Source: an uncultured bacterium (GTDB taxonomy: Bacteria; Bacillota_I; Bacilli_A; RF39; UBA660). From it: 64,000 bases of DNA. The translations under genes and the position numbers were made by a program. The DNA is taken from contig CAMPCD010000003.1 of NCBI GenBank assembly GCA_946643435.1, forward strand, positions 14,866-78,865, in the 5' to 3' direction. Shown here one piece after another: positions 10,325 to 19,679 of this stretch. Numbering within the stretch: the stretch's first letter is position 1; each line of letters begins with the position of its first letter. Below the pieces are notes generated by a model. That model ran no database searches. It saw only the letters and a program-made list of their open reading frames with translations, and was not told the DNA's origin.

Positions 10325-10930
10325 TTACATACTCTTTTTGTTTATATCTATATATAGAAGACCATCTTCATAATTGATATCATCAAAATAAGATTTTACT
10401 TGTCTATCATATAAAGCTTTATGTTTACCTTTATAATTTTTAATCATATCATCTAATTTATCTAGTTTATCTATATCAACATTTTCAGCATCTTTTAAAT
10501 TAGATGAACCAATTTCATATTCTTTAATAATTGCATCAATTTCATCTTTTTGCATGATTGTTAAATCACTTGGTTTATATAATTTAAAATAATAATCTTT
10601 ATCTGTTATAGTACCTAATCCAATATCATATACTTTATCATTTGCAATAATAAATGATCTTTGTCCCATAACTGTTTTATCAGCTAATACTATTTGGTAA
10701 TCATTTTCTTCTAATACCTTAGTGAATAGAATACATCTATCAAATGGCTTAATAGTAAATATTTCAGGAAATAGAATAAAGAATGAAAATGGAACACCAT
10801 TATGATAATAACATCTTAATTTATTATACATATAATCTGGTATATGTTTAATCTTACCAAGGGTAGCACCCATGAATGCATATGCACCAATTCTTGCTTT
10901 TTGTATATTATTTATTTTATTCATGTCCAA
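10325..10930 (-). CDS. Hypothetical protein, 201 aa
   Basis: Long ORF with compact spacing to the downstream capA-like gene on the same strand. No recognised motif. Confidence 0.5.
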   Translation of the reverse strand: MDMNKINNIQKARIGAYAFMGATLGKIKHIPDYMYNKLRCYYHNGVPFSFFILFPEIFTIKPFDRCILFTKVLEENDYQIVLADKTVMGQRSFIIANDKVYDIGLGTITDKDYYFKLYKPSDLTIMQKDEIDAIIKEYEIGSSNLKDAENVDIDKLDKLDDMIKNYKGKHKALYDRQVKSYFDDINYEDGLLYIDINKKSM

Positions 10931-10936
10931 AACCTC

Positions 10937-12187
10937 TTATCTAAATTCTTCAGGAATAATTCTATTATATAAACTATTAATATAATCTTTAGTTAAACCT
11001 TGATTATATAAATAGTGTGATGATTCATATTCATTAGTATATTCAGATAAAGGAATCATCTTAAAGTTTCTTTTATTACTATTATAATAATTAATAATAG
11101 GTTCAGTAGTAACTTTATTAAATATAACTTTATTATTATCAATTGTAATATCTATATTAGCAAGTAATGCTAATTGATAAGCTTTAACATAATCTAGACT
11201 AGCTCTATTATCTAAAGTAGGATCTGATGAAGTAAAATTACCCATAGAGTAGAATACTAAAGTTTTATATCCATCATTACTTGTATACCATTTAACTGGT
11301 TGAAAGCAGTGTGAGTGAGAACCTAATACTACATCTACATGTTCTTCATTAAGAACTTTAGATAATCTTATTTGATCTACTTCTCTTTCTTCAAAGTGGA
11401 ACTCTTGTCCCCAGTGCATAATAGCAACTACGACATCTACATTCTTTTTTAATTCTCTTATTTCTTGTCTCATTAATTCAATATATTCATCTGATACTTG
11501 ATTATATGAAGGTGGTTTTCTATATAATCCTAATCTCCAAGCTTCATTTTCAGTTATATAAGTACCAAAGTCATTCATACCTAATGCATAAGCTACAAAT
11601 CCAACTTTAACGCCATTCTTTTCTATAATTCTTAAATTAGCTCTATCTTCTTTTGATTTATATGAACCAACTGACATAATATTAGTATTGTTCTTTAAAT
11701 AATCTATAGTACTATTAATACCATCAATACCACGGTCAGTAGAGTGATTATTAGTTGTACCTAATACATCAATAGAATTATTATCTAAAGCTTTAATAAC
11801 ATTTTGAGGACTACAGAATTCATATCCATATCCATTTACTTTTAATTTATTATTATCAGTTATTGTAGTTTCTAAATTACCAATAGATATATCATCTTTA
11901 TTGAAATATTTATCTGCTACCATTTTTAAATAATCATCAGGATTTTCTCCTGCATTAACAGCATCTAAATATAAGCCTTCATACATAATATCTCCAACTA
12001 AAGATAAATTAACTGTTTTAGATTTATTATTAGTTTCATTCTTTTTAGTTGTAGTTACGTTAGTATCATTAGTATCTTGTTTATTATTTGGTAACAATTT
12101 ATAAATCCCAAATCCTAAGATTCCAACTATAAGTATAAATAATACAAATCTTATATTCTTTTTAAGTCTTTTCTTTCTTTTTGCCAT
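10937..12187 (-). CDS. CapA/PGA_cap-family metallophosphatase-like protein, membrane anchored
   Basis: N-terminal TM anchor. Motifs LVGDIMYEG, GNLET, NNHSTDRG, MHWGQEF, GSHSH typical of the CapA family. Confidence 0.75.
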   Translation of the reverse strand: MAKRKKRLKKNIRFVLFILIVGILGFGIYKLLPNNKQDTNDTNVTTTKKNETNNKSKTVNLSLVGDIMYEGLYLDAVNAGENPDDYLKMVADKYFNKDDISIGNLETTITDNNKLKVNGYGYEFCSPQNVIKALDNNSIDVLGTTNNHSTDRGIDGINSTIDYLKNNTNIMSVGSYKSKEDRANLRIIEKNGVKVGFVAYALGMNDFGTYITENEAWRLGLYRKPPSYNQVSDEYIELMRQEIRELKKNVDVVVAIMHWGQEFHFEEREVDQIRLSKVLNEEHVDVVLGSHSHCFQPVKWYTSNDGYKTLVFYSMGNFTSSDPTLDNRASLDYVKAYQLALLANIDITIDNNKVIFNKVTTEPIINYYNSNKRNFKMIPLSEYTNEYESSHYLYNQGLTKDYINSLYNRIIPEEFR

Positions 12188-12301
12188 ATCTTATAACCTC
12201 TTATTTAATAATATCATTTTTCATGTGTCGTTTAAAGTTATGAAGTGTAAAAAGACTATTAAAATACTAAAAAATATTATACAATTATGTAGGTGATTGA
12301 A

Positions 12302-12907
12302 ATGGGTTCAGGCCAAAAAATATTAAATGAATATATAAAATATGGATTATTAGAAAAATATAGAGATCAAGCTATTGTAATAAAACAATTAGATGAATAT
12401 ATGAAAACAGGTGATACTGGTTTAATAACTAGGGATAATGGATTAAGAGATGCATTTAAACAATACTTAAATAAAGATATGGTTGCTAGTATTACTCAAG
12501 GTAATATAGAAAACTATGTAATTTTTTATATGGATTATTTATCTCAAACACTTAATTCAAATAAGGAAGCGGTTGAACAAAAAGAACAAATTAGAGAGCA
12601 AATGATTGGTGAATGTAGAAAATTATATAATGTATCTGGAAAACATATGTTAGCAGGTGCTTTAAGTACAAGTTTATCTGGTAATTTTAATATGTTTATT
12701 GATCCTGAAAAAATGATGAACCTAGCATCTAAATTTAGTATGCGTGATTTCATTCTATCAGTTACATCTGGACATGTTACTAATCTAGCAGATAATTGGG
12801 GAATGCAAGCAGCAGAGATTTTATCTCAACAATTTAATAGAGAAATTTCAGAAGCAAAAGCAGAAGTGTTTAGAGAACAAGATCAAGGAAGTTCTCAAAG
12901 AAGATAA
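12302..12907 (+). CDS. Hypothetical protein, about 201 aa
   Basis: ATG at 12302 preceded by AGGTGA. No recognised family. Confidence 0.5.
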   Translation: MGSGQKILNEYIKYGLLEKYRDQAIVIKQLDEYMKTGDTGLITRDNGLRDAFKQYLNKDMVASITQGNIENYVIFYMDYLSQTLNSNKEAVEQKEQIREQMIGECRKLYNVSGKHMLAGALSTSLSGNFNMFIDPEKMMNLASKFSMRDFILSVTSGHVTNLADNWGMQAAEILSQQFNREISEAKAEVFREQDQGSSQRR

Positions 12908-12947
12908 TAACACTTGCAAAAAAATAATAATATGATAAAATTATTCA

Positions 12948-13166
12948 TATAAAACGAGGAACAAGAGGAGTAAGTTAGAATATCTTACTAGGGATGAATA
13001 CTCATAGACTGAAAAGTATTCTTAAGAGATATAACTGAAGGTAGCTTGGGAGTTGTTATATTGAAATAGTAGTAAATATAAACGAGTTATACGCGTTAAG
13101 TATATTGAGAAGTAATTAAAGTGGTACCACGAGATATTCGTCTTTATGATGAATATCTTTTTTTAT
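12948..13166 (+). promoter_or_regulatory. T-box leader (tRNA-sensing riboswitch) upstream of the HD gene and valS
   Basis: Promoter TTGCAA (12914-12919), 16-nt spacer, TGaTAAAAT. Conserved T-box sequence AAAGTGGTACCACGAG (13118-13133). Overlapping terminator AGATATTC/GAATATCT plus T7 (13132-13165). CGCGTTAAG element is shared with the metG leader. Confidence 0.8.
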
Positions 13167-13183
13167 TGATAAGAAGGGTTAAT

Positions 13184-13915
13184 ATGAATTCAGAGTTACA
13201 ACAAGAGTTAAACATTTTTTATAATGAATATAATAAATATGATAGTAGTTTATATGGAGTACACTCAAAATTAGATCATACATTTCGAGTGGTCAACTAT
13301 GCAAGAGATATTGCTGTACTTGAAGGATTAACATATGCAGATTTTTTAGAAGCTACTAGATGTGCATTATTCCATGATATAGCAAGATTTAAACAATTTG
13401 CTACTTATAATACATTTATAGATAGTTTATCATTTGATCATGGTGATGAAGGATATAATATCTTAAAAGAAGCTGGTTATGAAGATGAGATAGTATTACT
13501 ATCAACTAAGTATCATAATAAGAAAGATGTTCCTAGTGAATTACCAGATAGAACTAAACTATTCTGTAATATAACTAGAGATGCAGATAAATTAGATATC
13601 ATGGCTACACAAGGATTAACTTGTGAAGATGAAACATTTATTTTACCTGAAGAGGCTATTCAATCTATTAAAAATCATACTCTAGTCTTGAATGATGAAA
13701 GATATGAAAAGATGGATTCATATAATATATTAAGATGTATAGCATTTATATTTGATTTGAATTTCAAAAGATCATTTGAAGTTATTAAAGAATTTAATAT
13801 TATAAGTAATAAATTTAATACTCTATTAAATAGAGCATCAGATGAACAAAAAATAATATTAAATGAATTACAAGATATATGTAATAAATATTTAGATGAA
13901 AGGATAAGTGATTAA
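13184..13915 (+). CDS. HD-domain phosphohydrolase
   Basis: H..(FHDIARF) HD motif, FDHGDEG, RDADKLD. ATG at 13184 lies downstream of the T-box terminator; the track start at 13121 lies inside the leader. Confidence 0.7.
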   Translation: MNSELQQELNIFYNEYNKYDSSLYGVHSKLDHTFRVVNYARDIAVLEGLTYADFLEATRCALFHDIARFKQFATYNTFIDSLSFDHGDEGYNILKEAGYEDEIVLLSTKYHNKKDVPSELPDRTKLFCNITRDADKLDIMATQGLTCEDETFILPEEAIQSIKNHTLVLNDERYEKMDSYNILRCIAFIFDLNFKRSFEVIKEFNIISNKFNTLLNRASDEQKIILNELQDICNKYLDERISD

Positions 13916-13916
13916 T

Positions 13917-16442
13917 ATGTTAGATACTAAATATGATCATTTAAAAGTAGAAGAAGGAAAATATAATACTTGGAAAGAAAAAGGTTATTTTAATTCAGGA
14001 GATAAATCTAAGGATCCTTATTGTATAGTAATTCCACCTCCAAATGTTACAGGTGTATTACATATAGGACATGCATTAGATACTTCTTTACAAGATATTA
14101 TTATTAGATTTAAAAGGATGCAAGGTTATGATACTTTATGGTTACCAGGAATGGACCATGCTGCTATAGCTACTGAAGCTAAAGTAGTACAAAAATTAAA
14201 GAATCAAGGCATTAATAAATATGAATATGGTAGAGAAAAATTCTTAGAGGCTTGTTGGGATTGGACACATGAACATGGTGATACAATTCGTGAACAATGG
14301 GGAAAATTAGGTTTATCATTAGATTATACTAAAGAAAGATTTACTTTAGATGAAGGTCTAAACAAAGCTGTAACTAAAGTATTTGTTGATTTCTATAATA
14401 AAGGATTAATCTATCGTGGTGAAAAGATTATTAACTGGGACCCAGTTGCTCAAACAGCTTTATCTAATGAAGAAGTTTTATATCAAGATGATCCAGGTGC
14501 TTTCTATCATTTAAAATATGTCATTGTTGGTACTGATGATTATTTAGATGTAGCAACTACTAGACCTGAAACATTATTTGGTGATACTGCAGTAGCTGTA
14601 AATCCTGATGATAAAAGATATAAAGATTTAATTGGTAAAAAAGTTATATTACCAATTGTTAATAAAGAAATACCTATTATAGGTGATGAACATGCTGACC
14701 CTGAATTTGGTACAGGTGTTGTTAAAATTACGCCTGCTCATGACCCTAATGACTTTGAAGTAGGAGAAAGACATAACTTAGAAAGAATAGTTGTAATGAA
14801 TCCTGATGCAACTATGAATGCAAATGCTCTTCAATATGAAGGACAAACAAGAGAAGAATGTAGAGAAAACTTACTTAAAGATTTAAAAGAACAAGGATTA
14901 TTATTAGATATTGAACCAATGACTCACTCAGTTGGTCATTCAGAAAGAACTGGAGCTATGGTTGAACCATACTTATCTAAACAATGGTTTGTTAAGATGG
15001 AATCATTAGCTGATAGAGTATTAGAATTCCAAAAGGATAAAGATAAGAAGGTTAACTTCTTCCCATCAAGATATGAAAAACATTTAAATCATTGGATGGA
15101 AATACAACATGACTGGTGTATATCTAGACAATTATGGTGGGGACATAGAATACCTGCATGGTATAAAGGTGATGAAGTATATGTAGGTATGGAAGCACCA
15201 GAAGGTGAAGGATGGGTACAAGATAATGATGTATTAGATACATGGTTCTCATCTGCATTATGGCCATTCTCAACATTAGGTTGGCCTGAAAAAACAGAAG
15301 ACATGGAAAGATATTTTCCTAATGATTGTTTAGTTACAGGATTTGATATTATATTCTTCTGGGTAGCAAGAATGGTATTCCAATCTGAAGAATTAAATGG
15401 TGTAAGACCATTTAAAGATTGTTTAATACATGGTCTTGTTAGAGATAAACAAGGAAGAAAGATGTCTAAGTCTTTAGGTAATGGTGTAGATCCTATGGAT
15501 ATGATTAAAGAATATGGTGCTGATGCATTAAGATATTATTTAACTACTGATGTAGCAGCAGGTACTGATCTTAACTTTGATGAAGTAAAGATTAAATCTA
15601 CATGGAATTATATCAATAAAGTATGGAATGCATCTAGATTCGTTTTAATGAATATTGAAAACTTAAAAGAGATTAAATTAGATAATTTAAAACCTGAAGA
15701 TAAATGGATATTATCTAAATATAATAAAGTAGTTAAACAAGTTACTAAACATATGGATAAATATGATTTCAATATTGTAGGATCAGAATTATATAATTTC
15801 GTATATGATGACTTCTGCTCAAATTATATTGAAATGGCTAAGTATTCAATTGAAGATGAAACAACAAAGTCAGTATTATGTTATGTATTAACAGGTATCT
15901 TAAAGATGTTACATCCATTCATGCCATTTGTAACAGAAGAAATATATCAAAAGTTACCAATTAAAGATGCTGAATCTATCATGATATCAACTTATCCAAA
16001 ATATGATAAGAAACAAATATTTGAAACAGAAGAAGAAATAATAGAAGATGAAATAACATTTATTAAGAACTTCAGAAATGTTAAAGCTGAAAACAATATC
16101 TCTAAAGATATGAAGATAATGTTTGATACTGAAGATGATAATGAGTTAATTGTTAAATTATTAAAATTATCTGAAAATGTTATAAATGAACCACTAGGAA
16201 TGAATGCTTATAAAGTATTCTCATCTAGAGTAAAAGCTACTATTTACTTCGAAAAACAAATGACTGAAGCCGATAAAGAAGTAAGAGAACAACAAATAAA
16301 ATCATTAGAAGAATCAATAGCTAGAAGAGAAAAACTATTATCTAATGAAAACTATGTTAATAAAGCTCCAGCTAACATTGTTGAAATGGATAGACAAAAG
16401 CTAGAAGAAGAAAAGAAAAAATTAGAAGAACTAAAGAAATAG
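13917..16442 (+). CDS. valS: Valyl-tRNA synthetase
   Basis: [15 protein letters not shown] (HIGH), KMSKSLGN, C-terminal coiled coil. ATG at 13917 is 1 nt after the HD gene stop. Confidence 0.97.
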   Translation: MLDTKYDHLKVEEGKYNTWKEKGYFNSGDKSKDPYCIVIPPPNVTGVLHIGHALDTSLQDIIIRFKRMQGYDTLWLPGMDHAAIATEAKVVQKLKNQGINKYEYGREKFLEACWDWTHEHGDTIREQWGKLGLSLDYTKERFTLDEGLNKAVTKVFVDFYNKGLIYRGEKIINWDPVAQTALSNEEVLYQDDPGAFYHLKYVIVGTDDYLDVATTRPETLFGDTAVAVNPDDKRYKDLIGKKVILPIVNKEIPIIGDEHADPEFGTGVVKITPAHDPNDFEVGERHNLERIVVMNPDATMNANALQYEGQTREECRENLLKDLKEQGLLLDIEPMTHSVGHSERTGAMVEPYLSKQWFVKMESLADRVLEFQKDKDKKVNFFPSRYEKHLNHWMEIQHDWCISRQLWWGHRIPAWYKGDEVYVGMEAPEGEGWVQDNDVLDTWFSSALWPFSTLGWPEKTEDMERYFPNDCLVTGFDIIFFWVARMVFQSEELNGVRPFKDCLIHGLVRDKQGRKMSKSLGNGVDPMDMIKEYGADALRYYLTTDVAAGTDLNFDEVKIKSTWNYINKVWNASRFVLMNIENLKEIKLDNLKPEDKWILSKYNKVVKQVTKHMDKYDFNIVGSELYNFVYDDFCSNYIEMAKYSIEDETTKSVLCYVLTGILKMLHPFMPFVTEEIYQKLPIKDAESIMISTYPKYDKKQIFETEEEIIEDEITFIKNFRNVKAENNISKDMKIMFDTEDDNELIVKLLKLSENVINEPLGMNAYKVFSSRVKATIYFEKQMTEADKEVREQQIKSLEESIARREKLLSNENYVNKAPANIVEMDRQKLEEEKKKLEELKK

Positions 16443-16453
16443 TTCTTCTTTTT
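16425..16453 (+). terminator. Intrinsic terminator after valS
   Basis: GAAGAACT/AGTTCTTC stem overlapping the stop codon, followed by TTTTT. Confidence 0.7.
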
Positions 16454-16500
16454 ATTTAGTATATATGTTATACTTTAACTAGAATAGGAAGGTAATTAGT

Positions 16501-17031
16501 ATGCTTGAATATGATGAATTAACTCAAAAATTATATCAAGAAAATATTAATTGGATTTATTCTATTATTAAGAAATTAGATATTAAGGGAATTGAGAAAA
16601 AAGAAAAGTTTATAGCTGATCCTTATATCTTTAATGAAATGATATCTTTAGGATACTATTTCATGAATCTATATGTAATTAGTAATATATCATCTTATTC
16701 TACTGACGATAAGGATTTAATAATGACTTCTATTATTAAAGGAGCTTCAACTTATAATCAATATAAACTAGAAGCAGTATATAAAAGAGGTATAAATTTA
16801 TCTAAGTTAGTCGAATCATATAACTCAATAGTTCGTAAGACTAAAGCATACTCTCCAAATGATGGATTAAAAGCAAGAGTAGTAGCAGTTGATGAAGTAT
16901 ATAGAAGAATATATGATGTATTTAATAAACAACATTTTAATATATTTATTAAAATATTCTTATCATCTTATTTTGAATTTGAACGACAAATAGGTGAGAC
17001 AATACATAATTACTTGAACAAGGATGTGTAA
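16501..17031 (+). CDS. Hypothetical protein, 176 aa
   Basis: ORF with SD GGAAGG upstream. First gene of a two-gene unit. No recognised family. Confidence 0.5.
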   Translation: MLEYDELTQKLYQENINWIYSIIKKLDIKGIEKKEKFIADPYIFNEMISLGYYFMNLYVISNISSYSTDDKDLIMTSIIKGASTYNQYKLEAVYKRGINLSKLVESYNSIVRKTKAYSPNDGLKARVVAVDEVYRRIYDVFNKQHFNIFIKIFLSSYFEFERQIGETIHNYLNKDV

Positions 17032-17033
17032 GA

Positions 17034-17504
17034 ATGGTAGATCAAAATAAAATAAATCAAGTATATGCAGCCATCATTGAGAATGGTATGGATGCTTTCC
17101 AAGATAATGATTTAATTAAGTTATTATCTATGTTAAATAAACATGAATTAGATGAAGCAGAAAAATCAGCATATAATATTTTTTATGATAAATATAAAAG
17201 CAATACTGTAGCTTTTAATAATAGTAAGAGATTATCATCATTAATACCATTAGTTAAACTAATTATTAATGATAAGATGTATAAAATAAGATCTAGTAAT
17301 ATTATTAATAATATGAATGAATCTTTAATCAAACATGAGTATCAAGAATTTATAACTAAATGTGAAACTAGTGAATTAATGGATGTTAAATATTATTTAT
17401 CTAATAATGTTAATATTAATGATAGTGTTAATTTAAGTGCTACAAAAAAATTAATCGCGATGATTCTTAAAGAATTAAATTCTCGAGTAGGAAAATTCAA
17501 TTAA
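17034..17504 (+). CDS. Hypothetical protein, 156 aa
   Basis: Starts 2 nt after the previous stop. Predicted helical. No recognised family. Confidence 0.5.
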   Translation: MVDQNKINQVYAAIIENGMDAFQDNDLIKLLSMLNKHELDEAEKSAYNIFYDKYKSNTVAFNNSKRLSSLIPLVKLIINDKMYKIRSSNIINNMNESLIKHEYQEFITKCETSELMDVKYYLSNNVNINDSVNLSATKKLIAMILKELNSRVGKFN

Positions 17505-17521
17505 AGTATTGAATTTTTTTT
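17494..17521 (+). terminator. Intrinsic terminator after the 17034-17504 gene
   Basis: AATTCAAT/ATTGAATT stem (loop TAAAGT) followed by a T-run. Confidence 0.7.
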
Positions 17522-17544
17522 ATGTCTTATTATATAATGTGGAT

Positions 17545-17760
17545 AAGGGTAATAACACCCGATGGGGAAAAGGGATTTAAGGTTGATATTTTATAGGACA
17601 TCATTTGAAATTACATTTTCAACAAACTTTTAACACATTGAGAACTATCAACAGAATCTACAACAGAATAGACAACATGAACATGCAACAGTTATTACAA
17701 CAGACTAACAACGTGTTACCCTTTATGAAGGACTTAAGGAAACTTGAGTCCTTCTATTTT
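17545..17760 (+). ncRNA. Candidate novel small RNA with periodic CAAC(A/G)(G/T) motifs
   Basis: Own promoter TTGAAT-18-TATAAT (17509-17538). 5' AAGGGTAATAACAC can pair with 3' GTGTTACCCTT (17713-17723). Strong terminator: 11-bp stem, GAAA loop (17728-17753), then T-run. No ORF with an SD. Confidence 0.45.
17649..17714 (+). repeat. Six CAAC(A/G)(G/T) motifs at an 11-13 nt period
   Basis: CAACAG at 17649, 17661, 17686 and 17698; CAACAT at 17673; CAACGT at 17709. Confidence 0.8.
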
Positions 17761-17800
17761 ATTTATTGATTAATATAAAAATATGTGTTATATTATGTTC

Positions 17801-18000
17801 GTTAAGCGATGAAGGAAAGAAGCTAATTGAAAGCATTATTAGAGAGTCTAGTTAGGTGAAAGTAGACATGTGGAAGATTAGTCGAATGGGTCTGGAGCAT
17901 TAACCGTGTATTCGCGTTAAGATTAATTAAGGTGATTTAAAGATCATGAAGTAGGATGGTACCACGGGTTCATCTCGTTCCTACATCATGGTCTTTTTTA
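17801..18000 (+). promoter_or_regulatory. T-box leader upstream of metG
   Basis: Promoter TTGATT (17766-17771), 17-nt spacer, TGtTATATT. GCGATGAAGG and AGAGAG Stem I elements. GGTGAAAG distal loop followed by an ATG triplet. T-box GGATGGTACCACGGG (17954-17968). Terminator GATCATGAAGTAGGA/TCCTACATCATGGTC plus T-run. Confidence 0.85.
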
Positions 18001-18021
18001 TTTTAGAAAGAGGGAATAAAA

Positions 18022-19578
18022 ATGGAAAAATATTATATTTCTACAGCAATAGCTTATGCTTCAGGTAAACCTCACATTGGTAATACTTATGAGATTGTCT
18101 TAGCTGATGCAATAGCAAGAAACAAAAGATTAGAAGGATATGATGTATATCTTCAAACTGGTACAGATGAACATGGTGAAAAAATTCAAAATAAAGCTAG
18201 GGATAAAGGAATAACTCCACAACAATATGTTGATGAAGCAGCAGCTGAAATTAAGCGTATTTGGGATTTGATGAATACTACATATGATAGATTTGTAAGA
18301 ACTACAGATGAAGAACATGAAAAAATAGTTCAACATATCTTTAAAAAGATGTATGAACAAGATGATATCTATCTAGATAAATATGAAGGATGGTATTGTG
18401 TACCTGATGAATCATTCTGGACTGAAACACAAGTAGTAGAAAATGAAGATGGTGTTAAGGTTTGTCCTGACTGTGGAAGACCAGTTGAAAAGAAGAGTGA
18501 AGAATCATATTTCTTTAGATTAAGTAAATATCAAAAACAATTAGAAGATTATATTGAATCTCATCCTGACTTTATTCAACCTGAATCAAGAAAGAATGAA
18601 ATGTTAAATAACTTCATTAAACCAGGATTACAAGATTTATGTGTATCACGTACTGCATTTGACTGGGGTATACCTGTAGATTTTGATCCTAAACATGTAG
18701 TATATGTATGGCTAGATGCATTAACTAATTATATTACATTCTTAGGATATGATGTTGATGGTGGTAATGAAAACTTTAAGAAGTTCTGGCCTGCAGACTT
18801 ACACTTAATAGGTAAAGATATAATAAGATTCCATACTATTTATTGGCCTTGCTTCTTATTTAGTTTAGGAATTGAATTACCTAAGAAAGTATTTGGTCAT
18901 CCATGGTTAATCATGGCTGATGGAAAGATGAGTAAATCAGTTGGTAATGTAGTATATGCTGATGATTTAGTTGATAAATATGGTGTAGATGCTGTTAGAT
19001 ATTATTTCTTACATGAAATACCATTTGCTAATGATGGTGTATTTACTGAAGATTTATTAGTTGAAAGAATAAATGGTGATCTTGCCAATATTCTAGGTAA
19101 TTTAGTTAATAGAACTATATCAATGAGTAATAAATATTTTGATGGCGTAGTAGAACAAACTAATGTAACTGATACTATGGATCAAAACCTAAAAGACTTA
19201 GTTACATCACTTGGTGATAAAGTTGCTAAGCATATGGATGAATTAAAAGTAGCTGATGCTATTGATGATGTATTTGAAGTATTAAGAGCATCAAATAAAT
19301 ATATTGATGAAACAACTCCATGGATATTAGCTAAAGATGAAACTAAACAAGATAGATTAAAAGAAGTATTATATAACTTAATTGAGTCAATTAGAGTATG
19401 TGCTGTATACTTACAAGCATTCTTACCAGATACAGCAGAAAAAATCTTTAATCAAATAAATACAGATTTAAAATCTTATGATTCAACTAAGACATTTGGT
19501 GGATATGTATCAGGAACAAAAGTAAATACTCCTGAAATACTATTTGCTAGAATAGATACTACAAAGGATAACAATTAA
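18022..19578 (+). CDS. metG: Methionyl-tRNA synthetase (short form)
   Basis: KPHIGNTY (HIGH), KMSKSVGN, zinc knuckle CPDCG. Confidence 0.96.
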   Translation: MEKYYISTAIAYASGKPHIGNTYEIVLADAIARNKRLEGYDVYLQTGTDEHGEKIQNKARDKGITPQQYVDEAAAEIKRIWDLMNTTYDRFVRTTDEEHEKIVQHIFKKMYEQDDIYLDKYEGWYCVPDESFWTETQVVENEDGVKVCPDCGRPVEKKSEESYFFRLSKYQKQLEDYIESHPDFIQPESRKNEMLNNFIKPGLQDLCVSRTAFDWGIPVDFDPKHVVYVWLDALTNYITFLGYDVDGGNENFKKFWPADLHLIGKDIIRFHTIYWPCFLFSLGIELPKKVFGHPWLIMADGKMSKSVGNVVYADDLVDKYGVDAVRYYFLHEIPFANDGVFTEDLLVERINGDLANILGNLVNRTISMSNKYFDGVVEQTNVTDTMDQNLKDLVTSLGDKVAKHMDELKVADAIDDVFEVLRASNKYIDETTPWILAKDETKQDRLKEVLYNLIESIRVCAVYLQAFLPDTAEKIFNQINTDLKSYDSTKTFGGYVSGTKVNTPEILFARIDTTKDNN

Positions 19579-19595
19579 TATTGTTATCTTTTTTA
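19567..19595 (+). terminator. Intrinsic terminator after metG
   Basis: GATAACAAT/ATTGTTATC stem spanning the stop codon, followed by TTTTTT. Confidence 0.75.
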
Positions 19596-19679
19596 TTAGA
19601 TTGAAATAAAAAACTAATTATGTTATACTTATATCACTTACGAAAAGCCTTTATTTCTTTATGAAAGGAATTGAATTAA

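Noticed and set aside
17545-17760. 6S RNA (and tmRNA, RNase P or SRP RNA) as the identity of the candidate sRNA
   Set aside because: The size and closing helix fit 6S RNA. However, the G-rich 5' half (GGGGAAAAGGG) has no complementary C/U-rich partner in the CAAC-rich 3' half, so no rod with a central bubble can form. No GAGGAAAGUCC (RNase P) motif, tmRNA tag frame with CCA end, or SRP domain IV motif was seen.
17678-17770. 30-codon ORF (MNMQQLLQQTNNVLPFMKDLRKLESFYFIY) inside the candidate sRNA
   Set aside because: It has no SD upstream. It reads straight through the closing helix and the terminator hairpin, so it is more likely fortuitous.
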